Of a DNA stretch of 64,000 bases, positions 38,151-47,935 are shown piece by piece; position 1 is the stretch's first letter, and each line of letters begins with the position of its first letter. Both the position numbers and the translations under genes were made by a program. The notes beneath the pieces are model-generated. The model was given only the letters and a program-made list of their open reading frames with translations. It was not told where the DNA came from and made no database searches. Origin of the DNA: Bdellovibrionota bacterium (GTDB lineage: Bacteria; Bdellovibrionota_C; UBA2361; OMII01); the NCBI GenBank assembly GCA_044360195.1, contig JBIKKT010000011.1, forward strand, positions 7,567-71,566. The letters run 5' to 3'.

Positions 38151-40052
38151 ATGCTTACGTCGCGCGAAGTTCGGGAGAGATACTTAAAGTTTTGGACCGA
38201 GGCTCCTCGCTCATGCGGAGTCGTGCCGAACATGTCGCTTGTCCCTAATGTGGACTCAACGCTCCTTTTTGTGAACTCAGGAATGTTTCCGCTGGTGCCC
38301 TACCTAGGTGGCCAGCCGCATCCGCTCGGTAAACGTCTCTGTAACATTCAGCGCTGCTTACGCACCAACTATGATGACATGCTTGAGGTCGGAGATAACC
38401 GACACACGTTGATGTTCGAGATGATCGGCGACTGGTCGCTTGGAGATTTCACTAAAGAGCAACAGATCCCCTGGATCATGGAGCTATGGGTCAAAGTGCT
38501 CGGGATGGATCCATCGCGACTCTACGTTTCGGTTTTTGCTGGAGATGGAACCGCACCACGAGATGACCTAGCGATTGAAACCTGGAAGAAAGTCTTTCGC
38601 TCGTACGGTGTAGAGGCCGAGTTCTCACCCGATGTACACGCTGTGCCTTCAACCCTTGAGGAAGGTAAGACGTGGAAGTATCGCATCTTCCCGTATGGAA
38701 AGGGGAAGAACTGGTGGCAACGCGCAGAGGCACCAGGAGAGTTGGGTGGTCCAACCTCTGAGATGTTCTACGACATGGGGGTAGTTGAGCGACCCCAAGA
38801 TAAGTACCACATTAACGACGACTCGGGTCGATTTATCGAGATCGGTAACAATGTATTTATGGAGTACCGACTCTCAAACGAGCTTACATGGCAGCCGCTT
38901 GAGCAGAAGAATATCGATTTCGGTGGCGGATTTGAGCGTGTGTGCATGATCGTGCAGAACAAGCTCGATATCTTCGAGAGTGATATTTATTCGCCGATTA
39001 TTGATCGTGTTGCTGCAATCTCGGGTCGTCAGTACAAGAGCGATGGAGCCGAAAATAGCGACACGGCAGCTTTCCGAGTGATTGCAGACCACGGGCGCGC
39101 TGCCACGTTTATCCTTGCTGATGGCGTTTCTCCGTCGAATAAGGATCAAGGGTATATCCTGCGTCGTTTCATTCGTCGTCTTGCGCGCTTCGGTCGTAAA
39201 CTTGGGATAGAGAAAGAGTTCACTAAAGAGGTCGCTGAAGCGGTCATTCAAACCCTAGCGCATGCCTACCCGCATCTTGAAGAGAATAGAGATGTAATCC
39301 TTCAGAAGATTCACGACGAAGAGGTTGCGTTCAATCAAACCCTTTCAAAGGGTCTGCGTGAGCTTTCAAAGATTCAGGCGCAGCTTGAGCCTGGTGCTAC
39401 CATCTCGGGTGAGCAGGCTTTCTTTATTTACGAGACATACGGATTTCCGCTTGAGTTGACTCTTGATGAGTTAAAGATCACCGATGATCGAGCGAAAATT
39501 ATCTCGACGCAGTTCGCCGAGGCCGAGAAGAAACACCGTGAGTTGTCACGCGCTGGCGCTGAGTCAAAATTTAAGGGTGGCTTAGCGGATCAATCGCGGG
39601 AGACTACTAAGCTGCACACGGCGCATCACCTTCTTCTGGCAGCGATGCAGAAGTTGGTTGATCCAAATATCAAGCAGAAGGGAAGTAACATAACCGCCGA
39701 GCGTTTGCGTATGGATTTTAATCTAGACCGCAAGATGACTCCGGAAGAGATCGCCAAGGTTGAAGAGCTCGTTAATCAGCAGATGAGCGAGAACCTGCCC
39801 GTGCTGCGAGTCGAGATGCCGCTACAGGAGGCTGAAGCCCTTGGAGCGCAGATGGAGTTCGGCGCAAAGTATCCTGATTTAGTAAGCGTTTATTTTATTG
39901 GCGATCAAAAGAACTGGTTCTCTGCTGAGTTCTGTGGCGGGCCACACGTTGCTGCAACATCTGAGATCGCCGAAGGTTCAAAGCGCTTTAAGATTCAGAA
40001 GCAAGAGAACGTGGCAGCGGGCATTAAGCGCGTGAAGGCTGCCTTGGTGTAG
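38151..40052 (+). CDS. alaS: Alanine--tRNA ligase, short form: catalytic, tRNA-recognition and editing domains present, C-Ala domain apparently absent
   Basis: 'SLVPNVDSTLLFVNSGM' and 'FEMIGDWSLGDF' class II motifs. Editing-domain Zn ligands 'HTAHHLL' and 'CGGPHV'. The ORF ends right after the editing domain at 633 aa. Confidence 0.85.
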   Translation: MLTSREVRERYLKFWTEAPRSCGVVPNMSLVPNVDSTLLFVNSGMFPLVPYLGGQPHPLGKRLCNIQRCLRTNYDDMLEVGDNRHTLMFEMIGDWSLGDFTKEQQIPWIMELWVKVLGMDPSRLYVSVFAGDGTAPRDDLAIETWKKVFRSYGVEAEFSPDVHAVPSTLEEGKTWKYRIFPYGKGKNWWQRAEAPGELGGPTSEMFYDMGVVERPQDKYHINDDSGRFIEIGNNVFMEYRLSNELTWQPLEQKNIDFGGGFERVCMIVQNKLDIFESDIYSPIIDRVAAISGRQYKSDGAENSDTAAFRVIADHGRAATFILADGVSPSNKDQGYILRRFIRRLARFGRKLGIEKEFTKEVAEAVIQTLAHAYPHLEENRDVILQKIHDEEVAFNQTLSKGLRELSKIQAQLEPGATISGEQAFFIYETYGFPLELTLDELKITDDRAKIISTQFAEAEKKHRELSRAGAESKFKGGLADQSRETTKLHTAHHLLLAAMQKLVDPNIKQKGSNITAERLRMDFNLDRKMTPEEIAKVEELVNQQMSENLPVLRVEMPLQEAEALGAQMEFGAKYPDLVSVYFIGDQKNWFSAEFCGGPHVAATSEIAEGSKRFKIQKQENVAAGIKRVKAALV

Positions 40053-40096
40053 TCTGCTAGTCTACTCGCCCGAGTGCGCGGATGTCGTGTTCCTAG

Positions 40097-41413
40097 CTAA
40101 AGGTTTTTGTCAACAGCCCTAGGCAGCAGATACACAATCCGTGCTCGCTCCTGCACGACGCCTGCATGGCGTTTTCCCTCATCGCCTCGACCCCAGAAGA
40201 GGTCAATACGAGCAGTGCCGGTGATCGCTCCACCTGAATCCTGATCGAGAACTATGCGGGAAACATCCTGCTTGTAGGACGGATCGGCGCGGTGCTCATC
40301 TCCTGGTGCAAAGATGGGTTTCGGAAAGCTAAGCAGCGCAAGGGCGCCTTTGGGAGCAAACTTTGGATCGGCAGCTATCGTTCTTCCCGGTGTGGCAGGC
40401 ACCCCAAGTGAAGTGACAGCACGCTCTGAGTTCTTTCTGAAGAAGACGTAGCTCGGGTTGCGAAAGAGGATGCGGTTTCTCTCGGTCTCGTTCATTGACC
40501 GCAGCGTGCTCTCTACGCGCTGCATGGTAATATGGAGGGGCGCTAATTTCTCTCGTAAAAATTTTCCAACGGCTTCATATTTGAGCCCATTTTTTTCGGC
40601 ATAGTTAAGGTAGATCTCTGAACCATCTGCTAATCGAACTGTTCCTGACCCTTGGATGTGCAGAAAGAATGCATCAACCGGGTCAACATAGCACAGCTCA
40701 AGGGAACGTCCGGCAAGAACGTTTTTGCCGTCGATATCCTCGCGCGAAAAGTAGGGGAATACGCGGTCGTTAAATACCCGCCCCTTCAAGAGCCCCTCTT
40801 GCTTGAACCTCTCAGCGAATTGGCTCAATTCTATCGAGACTAGGTCTGCTGGTTTGGCGTACAGTGGTTGGGAGTATACGGCGGTCTTTTTAATACTACC
40901 TGGAATCACTGGTTCAAAGTAACTGGTCAGCAGAATATCGCCCCATTTCTTGCCGCCGTAGATCTCAAAGAAGCGAAAATTATCCCTAATGTATGCAAGC
41001 TTTGCTTCAGGGGCTGCTTGGCTTCGAAGCGTAACGAGTAGCCGATCTAACGCTTCAACGTAAGCTCCCCGTGTGATCGTCTCGGGGCCAAACTGCATTA
41101 CCTTGGATGAAGTTCGAAGGAGGGTTCCGCGCTGCGCCTCGATTGCCTCAATAAGCCCTGCGAGTTCGAGGTCATCGTTGAGCGCTGGAGCGGAGATCTC
41201 CCGGAAAGCGGCCTCTGGAGACGGTAAGAGGGTACGAGCGCAACCGGTTAGCCAGACAAGTGCTGAAAGCGTTGCAAGTGCTCGAAGTATGGTGCTTCTG
41301 ATACCCGTCCAATAGCCCCAGCCGGCACGAAAAAACATGGTCCTGAAGGTGTCGATTTCCCCAGTCATTGTGATGTGTTCTGTAAGTGTCACTAAAGACT
41401 TGTAAGCCCCCAC
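40097..41413 (-). CDS. mltA: Membrane-bound lytic murein transglycosylase A (MltA-like, 3D domain)
   Basis: 'FFLHIQGSGTVRLADGSE' MltA domain and the C-terminal 3D motif 'DQDSGGAITGTARIDLFWGRGDEG'. Confidence 0.8.
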   Translation of the reverse strand: MGAYKSLVTLTEHITMTGEIDTFRTMFFRAGWGYWTGIRSTILRALATLSALVWLTGCARTLLPSPEAAFREISAPALNDDLELAGLIEAIEAQRGTLLRTSSKVMQFGPETITRGAYVEALDRLLVTLRSQAAPEAKLAYIRDNFRFFEIYGGKKWGDILLTSYFEPVIPGSIKKTAVYSQPLYAKPADLVSIELSQFAERFKQEGLLKGRVFNDRVFPYFSREDIDGKNVLAGRSLELCYVDPVDAFFLHIQGSGTVRLADGSEIYLNYAEKNGLKYEAVGKFLREKLAPLHITMQRVESTLRSMNETERNRILFRNPSYVFFRKNSERAVTSLGVPATPGRTIAADPKFAPKGALALLSFPKPIFAPGDEHRADPSYKQDVSRIVLDQDSGGAITGTARIDLFWGRGDEGKRHAGVVQERARIVYLLPRAVDKNL

Positions 41414-41527
41414 ACGGAGTGTGGCAAGGGGGATTTCAGAATACTGAGAGTCATTACGTATCGCCTGGCATCAAAACTAGTAGAGGGTTGTTCGTATGAA
41501 CTGCTCAAAGGTTTTAGCGGGGGATGT

Positions 41528-43129
41528 ATGGTAGGTGCAGTCGGTTGTTCCCGATTCCTTGTTGTACTCGTAGGTGTGTTCATCCTCTTTGGTTTCATAA
41601 GTAATTCGCGCGCAGAGGAGCTACCGTCTCCTTATCGCTCGCAGCTAGAGCTTAAAGGGTTTTATGAGCTACGCTCGGTGTCAGCTGGAGCTGGGGAGCG
41701 CGAGATAATTCCTACGGTGCGAATAACTGGCCGACTACGCACAGAGGGGCGTATCGATGCCCGATTCAACATTCGAAAAAATAAGACCTGGAAGTCCTCA
41801 ATACGTAAGCGCGGCGCTGAGTCTGTTGATCCCGTCGTACCGATTCTGCTTCAGGGGAAGCTCGCAGTTGGTGGAGGCTATCGGCCGCGTGGTAAGCGGG
41901 TCTTGCCGAGTGCTGCTTCTATTATCGGACGAGAGTTAAAGGTTACTTTTCCCGGGCGTGTTCGAGGTGCGCGTAAATCGCGACAGAGAATCTACACCAT
42001 TCGGTTGAGGCTCGATGGATCAGTTAAAGTTACAGCCCGCGTGGCAAGTATTCCCGTTAACGCCTTTCAGCGTGGTGCCTGCGCCGCTCCCATTGGAGCG
42101 GCAACGGAAGATCTTCAGGAGCCCGCTCGCACCGTAGCCGCTCTTGAGACCGCAGAAGCAGCCACGGTGACACGGAAAGTATTGACCATTAGCACCGATG
42201 CAGATCAGGAGTGGTATGCTCAGAACGGAGAGAACAGCAACGCCGAAATTGCCAGCATCATAAATGCTGCCGAGGTGATCTATGAGCGGCAGCTAGAGGT
42301 AAAGTTTAAGATCGTCAAACAACACGTCTATACCGATACCTCTCCCTATTCCACCACGGCCGCAGGTGAACTCTTGACGGCGTTTTTGCAAAATCCTGAG
42401 AACCCCCAGAATCTCGGTGAGGGTGCAGCAGATTTCGATGAGAGTGTCGATCTCAAGCACCTCTTTACTGGAAAGAATCTAGATGGCAGCGTCATTGGAA
42501 TCGCTTATGTCGGCGTTGTGTGTGCAGCGTCTCCATACTCCTACGGTGTTACTCAATCGTATGTGCCTGCAGCAAATATGGGGATATTCGCTCATGAAGT
42601 CGGGCACAATCTCGGAGCAATGCACGACACAACGGACATGCAAGGGCTTATGTATCCTAGTATCAAGGTTCCATCAGCGGATCGCTTTTCAAGCGTAAGT
42701 CTAGCAGAGATATCTGACCACCTGCAGAGGTTTGGGTCTTGTATATCGCTTGAGAGCCTTGAGGTTTCTCCAACCCCGACGCCTGAAGCAACTCCTCAAC
42801 CCACCCCCGTTCCACCAGGGCCAACCGACCTCGTTGGGGGAGCGATCTCAATCCGAGTACGGTCGGCTATGGTAAATAGCATACCGGTGATTCGTATATA
42901 CGGGACGGTGCGGACAGCCGATGGGTTGCCAGGAACCGGGCGAGTGGTTCATCTTATGCTGAAAGGAAATCCTGTTGCAGCTCTTGCAACTGACGCAGAT
43001 GGTAGGTATCAGTTCCTTGTCAGGGTCGCTATCCCGCGCAGAAGGTATCTCGGATTGTTTGTCCAAAGTGAGGGAGGCGAGGTGCGGACTCGAACCGTGC
43101 GGGTTTCCCAGACAGTGCGCAGGAGATAG
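41528..43129 (+). CDS. Secreted metzincin zinc metalloprotease (reprolysin/M12B-like catalytic domain + Pro/Thr linker + C-terminal beta domain)
   Basis: Signal peptide. 'FAHEVGHNLGAMHD' (HExxHxxGxxH) with Met-turn candidate 'LMYPS'. Linker 'PTPTPEATPQPTPVPPGP'. Confidence 0.72.
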   Translation: MVGAVGCSRFLVVLVGVFILFGFISNSRAEELPSPYRSQLELKGFYELRSVSAGAGEREIIPTVRITGRLRTEGRIDARFNIRKNKTWKSSIRKRGAESVDPVVPILLQGKLAVGGGYRPRGKRVLPSAASIIGRELKVTFPGRVRGARKSRQRIYTIRLRLDGSVKVTARVASIPVNAFQRGACAAPIGAATEDLQEPARTVAALETAEAATVTRKVLTISTDADQEWYAQNGENSNAEIASIINAAEVIYERQLEVKFKIVKQHVYTDTSPYSTTAAGELLTAFLQNPENPQNLGEGAADFDESVDLKHLFTGKNLDGSVIGIAYVGVVCAASPYSYGVTQSYVPAANMGIFAHEVGHNLGAMHDTTDMQGLMYPSIKVPSADRFSSVSLAEISDHLQRFGSCISLESLEVSPTPTPEATPQPTPVPPGPTDLVGGAISIRVRSAMVNSIPVIRIYGTVRTADGLPGTGRVVHLMLKGNPVAALATDADGRYQFLVRVAIPRRRYLGLFVQSEGGEVRTRTVRVSQTVRRR

Positions 43130-43521
43130 TGGATAGGTATTGTATGAATGCAAAAGTTGGTAAGTGCGAGGAAGGGTTGTTGCAGGCTATGAAAGCTATC
43201 GATAACCAGATCGCGCGTGCGTTGCAGCGAACGCCAGCAGAGCGCGAGCTTCAGGGGGTTCAGAAGTGGGAGCCGTACGAGAGTCGTATAGAGCACGTGA
43301 CCGCTTTTTTGCTCAATCAGCTAGGCGATAGTGAGATAGCGTTCGATTCGCTGATCGTTTTTGCACAGGCGTTCACCAAGGCGCTTCGGTTCGCAGCAGA
43401 GGATTTAGGTACCGAGGGGCTGGGGGCGATGCGGACGGAATATTGCCGCGATGCTATGCAGAAGATCGAACGTGATGCAGGTAAGGCATTGTCTGAGATG
43501 TATGGTGATGCGCTTACGTGA
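43129..43521 (+). CDS. Hypothetical cytoplasmic protein. Its start overlaps the metzincin stop.
   Basis: 130-aa ORF with helical-looking composition and no motif. Confidence 0.3.
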   Translation: MDRYCMNAKVGKCEEGLLQAMKAIDNQIARALQRTPAERELQGVQKWEPYESRIEHVTAFLLNQLGDSEIAFDSLIVFAQAFTKALRFAAEDLGTEGLGAMRTEYCRDAMQKIERDAGKALSEMYGDALT

Positions 43522-43715
43522 ACATGCATCCGCTCATGCTGGTAAGACGTAAACGTTGAACGTACCGCGTTAACGAGCACAAGAGTGTCTCACAAGACAT
43601 ACTCCCTTAAACCCACGAAATCTCGCCAATCCCCAGCCTATTGCGATCTCCATCATACAGTTTGATAAGCGTTCCAGTGTATCAACGGGAAGATTTTGTT
43701 ATTCCCTACTGTTCG

Positions 43716-44879
43716 ATGCATATCCTTCACTGTATCACGTGTCTTTCTGGCGACGGCGCGCAACACATGTTGTTGCGGCTCATAAACAGTTTGCAGCGCC
43801 TTGGATGTTACTCCACGGTGGTAACGCTCAAGGGGAGACATGAATTAAGTCGCGCATGTAGCGATATCGGTGTACCCGTTGTCCCACTATCAATGACGAA
43901 TGTGCGAGGAGCGCTATCTGGAGTAGCGGCGCTGCGACGACTGATTGAAACTATCAAGCCGGATGTGGTTCAAGGATGGATGTATCACGCAAATGTGGTG
44001 CTGTCCTTAGCGTGTCGATCTGCGGGGGGCAGCCCGGCTTTAGTGTGGAATGTGCGTCGAGGATTGGACGACCTCCATTCTCTAAAGCTCTCGACTCACC
44101 TTTTTGTGAGAGCTTCGGCTCGCCTCTCTGCGCGCCCACACCGAATTATCTATTGCACTGAACGCAGTCGCACGCAGCACGAAGCTATCGGTTACAACTC
44201 GACAACAGGGGTTGTTATAGACAATGGGTTTGATAGTCAACGATTTGAACCTAATCCTGATGCGCGTGCTTCATTGCGAAGAACTCTGTGTATCGCTGAC
44301 GATACATTTGTGGTCGGGTGTGTCGGTCGGTACGATCACGCCAAGGGGCGTGACTTTTTGTTTGGCGCTTTCAAGCAGGTCTTGGCACAGAATCCATCTG
44401 CCTGTCTTGCCCTTGCTGGTCGAGGCTCAGAGTGGAGCAATAAGGAGCTGATAGAGACGCTGCGGAGTGTGGGCATAGCATCTCGTGTTATTTTACTCGG
44501 GCAGAGCGCGCACATTGAGGAGGTGTATCCAATGTTCGATGTATTGTGTTCGTCGTCTGTGGCGGAGGGATTTCCTAACGTTGTGGCTGAGGCGATGTTG
44601 TGTGAGGTGCCGTGCGTGGTAACCGATACGGGCGCCTCTCGAAAGTTGGTTGAAGGGGTAGGGCTGGTCGTGCCACCAAAGTCCTCTGAAGATCTGGCGC
44701 ACGCGCTGTTAGCTATCTCGCACCTATCACCGCTTGAGCGCAAAGCGTTGGGCAGGAGGGGGCGTAAGCGAATCGCTGCCGGCTATTCGTTAGACAGGAT
44801 TACCGCTACCTATCGCACTCTGTATGAGCAGATGGCCGCACAACCGTCTGGTTCAGCGCTTGGGAATTTCGTAATATAG
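43716..44879 (+). CDS. Glycosyltransferase family 4 (GT-B, glycosyl transferase group 1). The ORF track starts at 43641; 'MHILHCIT' at 43716 is the more typical N-terminus.
   Basis: 'SSVAEGFPNVVAEAMLCEVPCVVTDTGA' is the EX7E-region signature of GT4. Confidence 0.75.
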   Translation: MHILHCITCLSGDGAQHMLLRLINSLQRLGCYSTVVTLKGRHELSRACSDIGVPVVPLSMTNVRGALSGVAALRRLIETIKPDVVQGWMYHANVVLSLACRSAGGSPALVWNVRRGLDDLHSLKLSTHLFVRASARLSARPHRIIYCTERSRTQHEAIGYNSTTGVVIDNGFDSQRFEPNPDARASLRRTLCIADDTFVVGCVGRYDHAKGRDFLFGAFKQVLAQNPSACLALAGRGSEWSNKELIETLRSVGIASRVILLGQSAHIEEVYPMFDVLCSSSVAEGFPNVVAEAMLCEVPCVVTDTGASRKLVEGVGLVVPPKSSEDLAHALLAISHLSPLERKALGRRGRKRIAAGYSLDRITATYRTLYEQMAAQPSGSALGNFVI

Positions 44880-45111
44880 TGGTCTTATCAGGTGTTTATA
44901 GGTTAACGTCGGCTTTTTGAGCGGGGTCTCTGGTCGTCGTTGACCCAGTAAACCCGGAAAGGGTATCCTAGGCGCTGTATCTGGTTACCGCTCCGGGACC
45001 CTTACCGGTCGATGTTCATTGTCTCTTCTGGCAATGTCTTTCGCAGCAGTGTGCGTTTCGGCACTGAGCTCCTGCGGCCTATCAGAATTGTTAATGCCGT
45101 GGAGGAATGAA

Positions 45112-45462
45112 ATGTCGAATAATAAGTTGTACGTAGGGAACCTTCCGTTTTCCCTAGAGGATGCTGAGCTTTCTCAGGTGTTTGCTCAGGCAGGCACAGT
45201 CACATCATCGCGAGTTGTTCTTGATCCAGCAACTGGTCGCAAGAGAGGCTTCGGATTTGTCGAGATGTCGACCCCAGAAGAAGCACAAGCCGCTGTTGAT
45301 ATGTTGAACGGCACTGAAGTTGGTGGCCGAGCTATGGTGGTAGATATCGCGCGTGAGCGACCACCCCGAGAAGGTGGATTTAACCGTGGTGGTGGCGGAG
45401 GAGATCGTCCTCGTCGTCACGGCGGTGGTAGCGACGGTGGACACGGCGGCGGACGTTTTTAA
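45112..45462 (+). CDS. RRM-type RNA-binding protein with a Gly/Arg-rich tail (paralog of 35372..35812). The ORF track starts at 45019, but 'ggagga-N5-ATG' is at 45112.
   Basis: 'KLYVGNLPF' RNP2, 'RGFGFVEM' RNP1. Tail 'GGFNRGGGGGDRPRRHGGG'. Confidence 0.85.
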   Translation: MSNNKLYVGNLPFSLEDAELSQVFAQAGTVTSSRVVLDPATGRKRGFGFVEMSTPEEAQAAVDMLNGTEVGGRAMVVDIARERPPREGGFNRGGGGGDRPRRHGGGSDGGHGGGRF

Positions 45463-45523
45463 TTAAGGAAGAGCGATCCTGTGGGGTCGTGTCACCTAAT
45501 CGCGAGTTTTCGCAAAAAATCAA

Positions 45524-45570
45524 AAGCCTCGCACCGCTTTCTGGAGAGAGCGGGCGAGGCTTAGTTTTTT
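45524..45570 (+). terminator. Rho-independent terminator after the RRM gene
   Basis: 'aagcctcgcaccgcttt ctggag agagcgggcgaggctt' followed by 'agtttttt'. Confidence 0.7.
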
Positions 45571-45720
45571 ATGTCAAACCTAACCCTCTAACTCCTCCCG
45601 CTCATCATCCCGGACCTTCACCGGCTTCCATAGCCTGCTACGCGTGTAAGGGGTCTCGACCCTTTGGAGCCCGCGAAAATTAGTAAACCGAGCAGGGCCG
45701 TCTTTTCAGCCCCCCTCCCT

Positions 45721-46650
45721 CTACCCAGCCGCAATAGCGGTAATTGCGGGTGGTGAGTCGATGTTGACGCGCGTAATGGCAGAGTTGATGCGCTTTACAA
45801 GGCCAGTCAGCACGTTGCCTGCGCCGAATTCCCAGACTGCTGCCGGAGTAGTTTCGCGCACCGCATTCTCTACACACTCAACCCAACGAACCCGTCCGCA
45901 TACCTGTCGAGCCAAGTTCTCTCGGATCGTCTCAGGGTCGGTTACAGCGATAGCCGAAAAGTTCTGGTAGACCGGGAACGCAGGAGTTTTAATTGAAACA
46001 GTGCGAAGGTCCTCTCGGAGACGCTGCTCGGCAGGCTTCATCAAGCTGCAATGGAAGGGCGCGCTTACTGGCAGTTCGATGACTTTTGCTGCGCCGAGTT
46101 TTTCAACGAAGGCATTAACTCCCAACACTGAGCCTGCAACAACGATCTGGCCAGGTGCGTTGATATTAGCGATCTCAGCAACTTTATCGTCCTCGTTTAC
46201 GAGAGCAGCTTCGATCTCGCTCACTTCTTTTCCTAGGACGGCAACCATCCTTCCGGTTCCCACGGGAACTGCTTCTTGCATGTAGCGTCCGCGCTTGTTC
46301 ACCAGCACAACAGCATCTTCAAACGCGAGTGCGCCAGCAGCCACAAGAGCCGAATATTCACCAAGCGAGTGGCCCGCAGCCGCAGCGACTGATGGGAACG
46401 CGCTACCGGATTCAGTCTTCGCGATTTCAAAACATATCGTACTGACCGTTAAGATTGCGGGCTGAGTTATTTCGGTAAGGGTCAGCTTATCCGCGGGTCC
46501 CTCAAAGCAGATCGTTGAAAGGGAGAATCCCAACGCCTCGTCAGCGATACGAAAAACACGCTTGGCAGCCTCATAGTGCTCATGGAGCTCCTTGCCCATA
46601 CCAACTTTTTGAGAGCCCTGACCGGGGAAAAGCGCAAACATATCAGCCAT
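45721..46650 (-). CDS. fabD: Malonyl-CoA:ACP transacylase
   Basis: 'ALFPGQGSQKVGMG', active-site 'GHSLGEYSALVAAGAL'. 309 aa. Confidence 0.92.
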   Translation of the reverse strand: MADMFALFPGQGSQKVGMGKELHEHYEAAKRVFRIADEALGFSLSTICFEGPADKLTLTEITQPAILTVSTICFEIAKTESGSAFPSVAAAAGHSLGEYSALVAAGALAFEDAVVLVNKRGRYMQEAVPVGTGRMVAVLGKEVSEIEAALVNEDDKVAEIANINAPGQIVVAGSVLGVNAFVEKLGAAKVIELPVSAPFHCSLMKPAEQRLREDLRTVSIKTPAFPVYQNFSAIAVTDPETIRENLARQVCGRVRWVECVENAVRETTPAAVWEFGAGNVLTGLVKRINSAITRVNIDSPPAITAIAAG

Positions 46651-46729
46651 ATATATCCTTCTGTCGATATCGTTTTTTAGTCTTCAAGGGTCCTAGCTGG
46701 ACGCCCGATAATTCTAGGGCAGAGGGCGG

Positions 46730-47902
46730 ATGTCAAGAGACGAGACTACTTCAACAGAATCACCACACAAGCTCCCGGGCGAGGAAGCGGCAACCATACT
46801 GGTGGTTGACGATAATCCGTTGATGCGCAACGTGTTGCGGGGGCTCTTGGTGGCGAACGGCTACACCGTTGTCGAAGCAACGCACGGTGAGGAGGCTGCC
46901 GCGCTCGTTAAGAAGCAGCCGTTTGACCTTATTATCTGCGATATCATCATGCCCAAGATGGGGGGCTTTGAATTGCATCAACTGGTGCGTAGCGACCCAG
47001 AGGCAAACCATATCCCGTTTGTGTTCCTCTCGGCCCTTGATCATCAAGATGAGATTCGGCACGGAAAAGAGTTGGGGGCTGATGATTACCTCTGTAAACC
47101 CTTTGAGCCGCGCGATCTATTGGCTGTGATTCGCGGGAAAGTTGCGCGTTGGAGGTTGCTGAATAGTCAGGTGAATACCCGCTTTGAAGGGTATCAGCGC
47201 AGGGTTATTCAGACCTTATCGCATGAGTTTCGCACTCCTCTGGTGGCGATCAATACCGGGATGGAGCTTTTGCTTAATCACAGAGAATCGCTTGGCACCG
47301 ATAGAGCAAAGCGGTTACTTGAAGCGGTGCAACGCGGTGGTGTGCGCCTTGAGAAGCTGGTAGGCGATTTTATGGTTCTGCAACAGCTCGGTGCGGGCGT
47401 TATGAAGAGTACCTTTGATTCGTGTGCTGAGCCGTTGTCAGTCGAACACCTCCTTCAGAGGCACGGAGATATTCGTGACGAAGATCTTGCCGGAGAAGGT
47501 TTTGTAGTCGTTCGTACCGACCACAGTGGTCGGGCGAAGATTCTCGGAGTTGAGGCGTATGTAATTGACTGTTTAGATAGACTTGTGTCCAACGCTGCTA
47601 AATTCTCGCCAGGACGCAAAGAGATTGAGATACACGTGCGCTTGGTAGAAGGAGAGGTGTGGTTTGATGTGAAGGATCGTGGTAGTGGTATTGATCTGTC
47701 TCGTATTAGAGAAGCAATCCAGCCCTTCGGTCAGATCAATCGTGGTAAATTAGAGCAGCAGGGGGGTGGATTGGGGCTCTCAATAGCTCACCATTATGCT
47801 CTGATTCATGGTGCTCGCCTTGAGTTTGCAGTCCGAGAGGATGGAGGTTCGATAGTGAGCCTGGTGGTACCACAGAGTTCAATAGACGAAAAAACGTGTT
47901 GA
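46730..47902 (+). CDS. Cytoplasmic hybrid signalling protein: N-terminal receiver (REC) + HisKA + HATPase
   Basis: REC 'ILVVDDNPLMRNVL...DLIICDIIMP'. H-box 'LSHEFRTPLVAIN'. G-box 'DRGSGI' / 'GGGLGLSIA'. Confidence 0.7.
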   Translation: MSRDETTSTESPHKLPGEEAATILVVDDNPLMRNVLRGLLVANGYTVVEATHGEEAAALVKKQPFDLIICDIIMPKMGGFELHQLVRSDPEANHIPFVFLSALDHQDEIRHGKELGADDYLCKPFEPRDLLAVIRGKVARWRLLNSQVNTRFEGYQRRVIQTLSHEFRTPLVAINTGMELLLNHRESLGTDRAKRLLEAVQRGGVRLEKLVGDFMVLQQLGAGVMKSTFDSCAEPLSVEHLLQRHGDIRDEDLAGEGFVVVRTDHSGRAKILGVEAYVIDCLDRLVSNAAKFSPGRKEIEIHVRLVEGEVWFDVKDRGSGIDLSRIREAIQPFGQINRGKLEQQGGGLGLSIAHHYALIHGARLEFAVREDGGSIVSLVVPQSSIDEKTC

Positions 47903-47935
47903 AAGCCCACTAACCCAAATCTATATTACCTTTGT

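Noticed and set aside
43075-43100. tRNA-like T-loop sequence 'ggactcgaacc' (reverse complement of GGTTCGAGTCC)
   Set aside because: The flanking bases cannot form a 5-bp T-stem or an acceptor stem on either strand. It lies inside the metzincin coding frame ('GGEVRTRTVRV') and is part of a short direct repeat 'tgcgg...tgcgg'.
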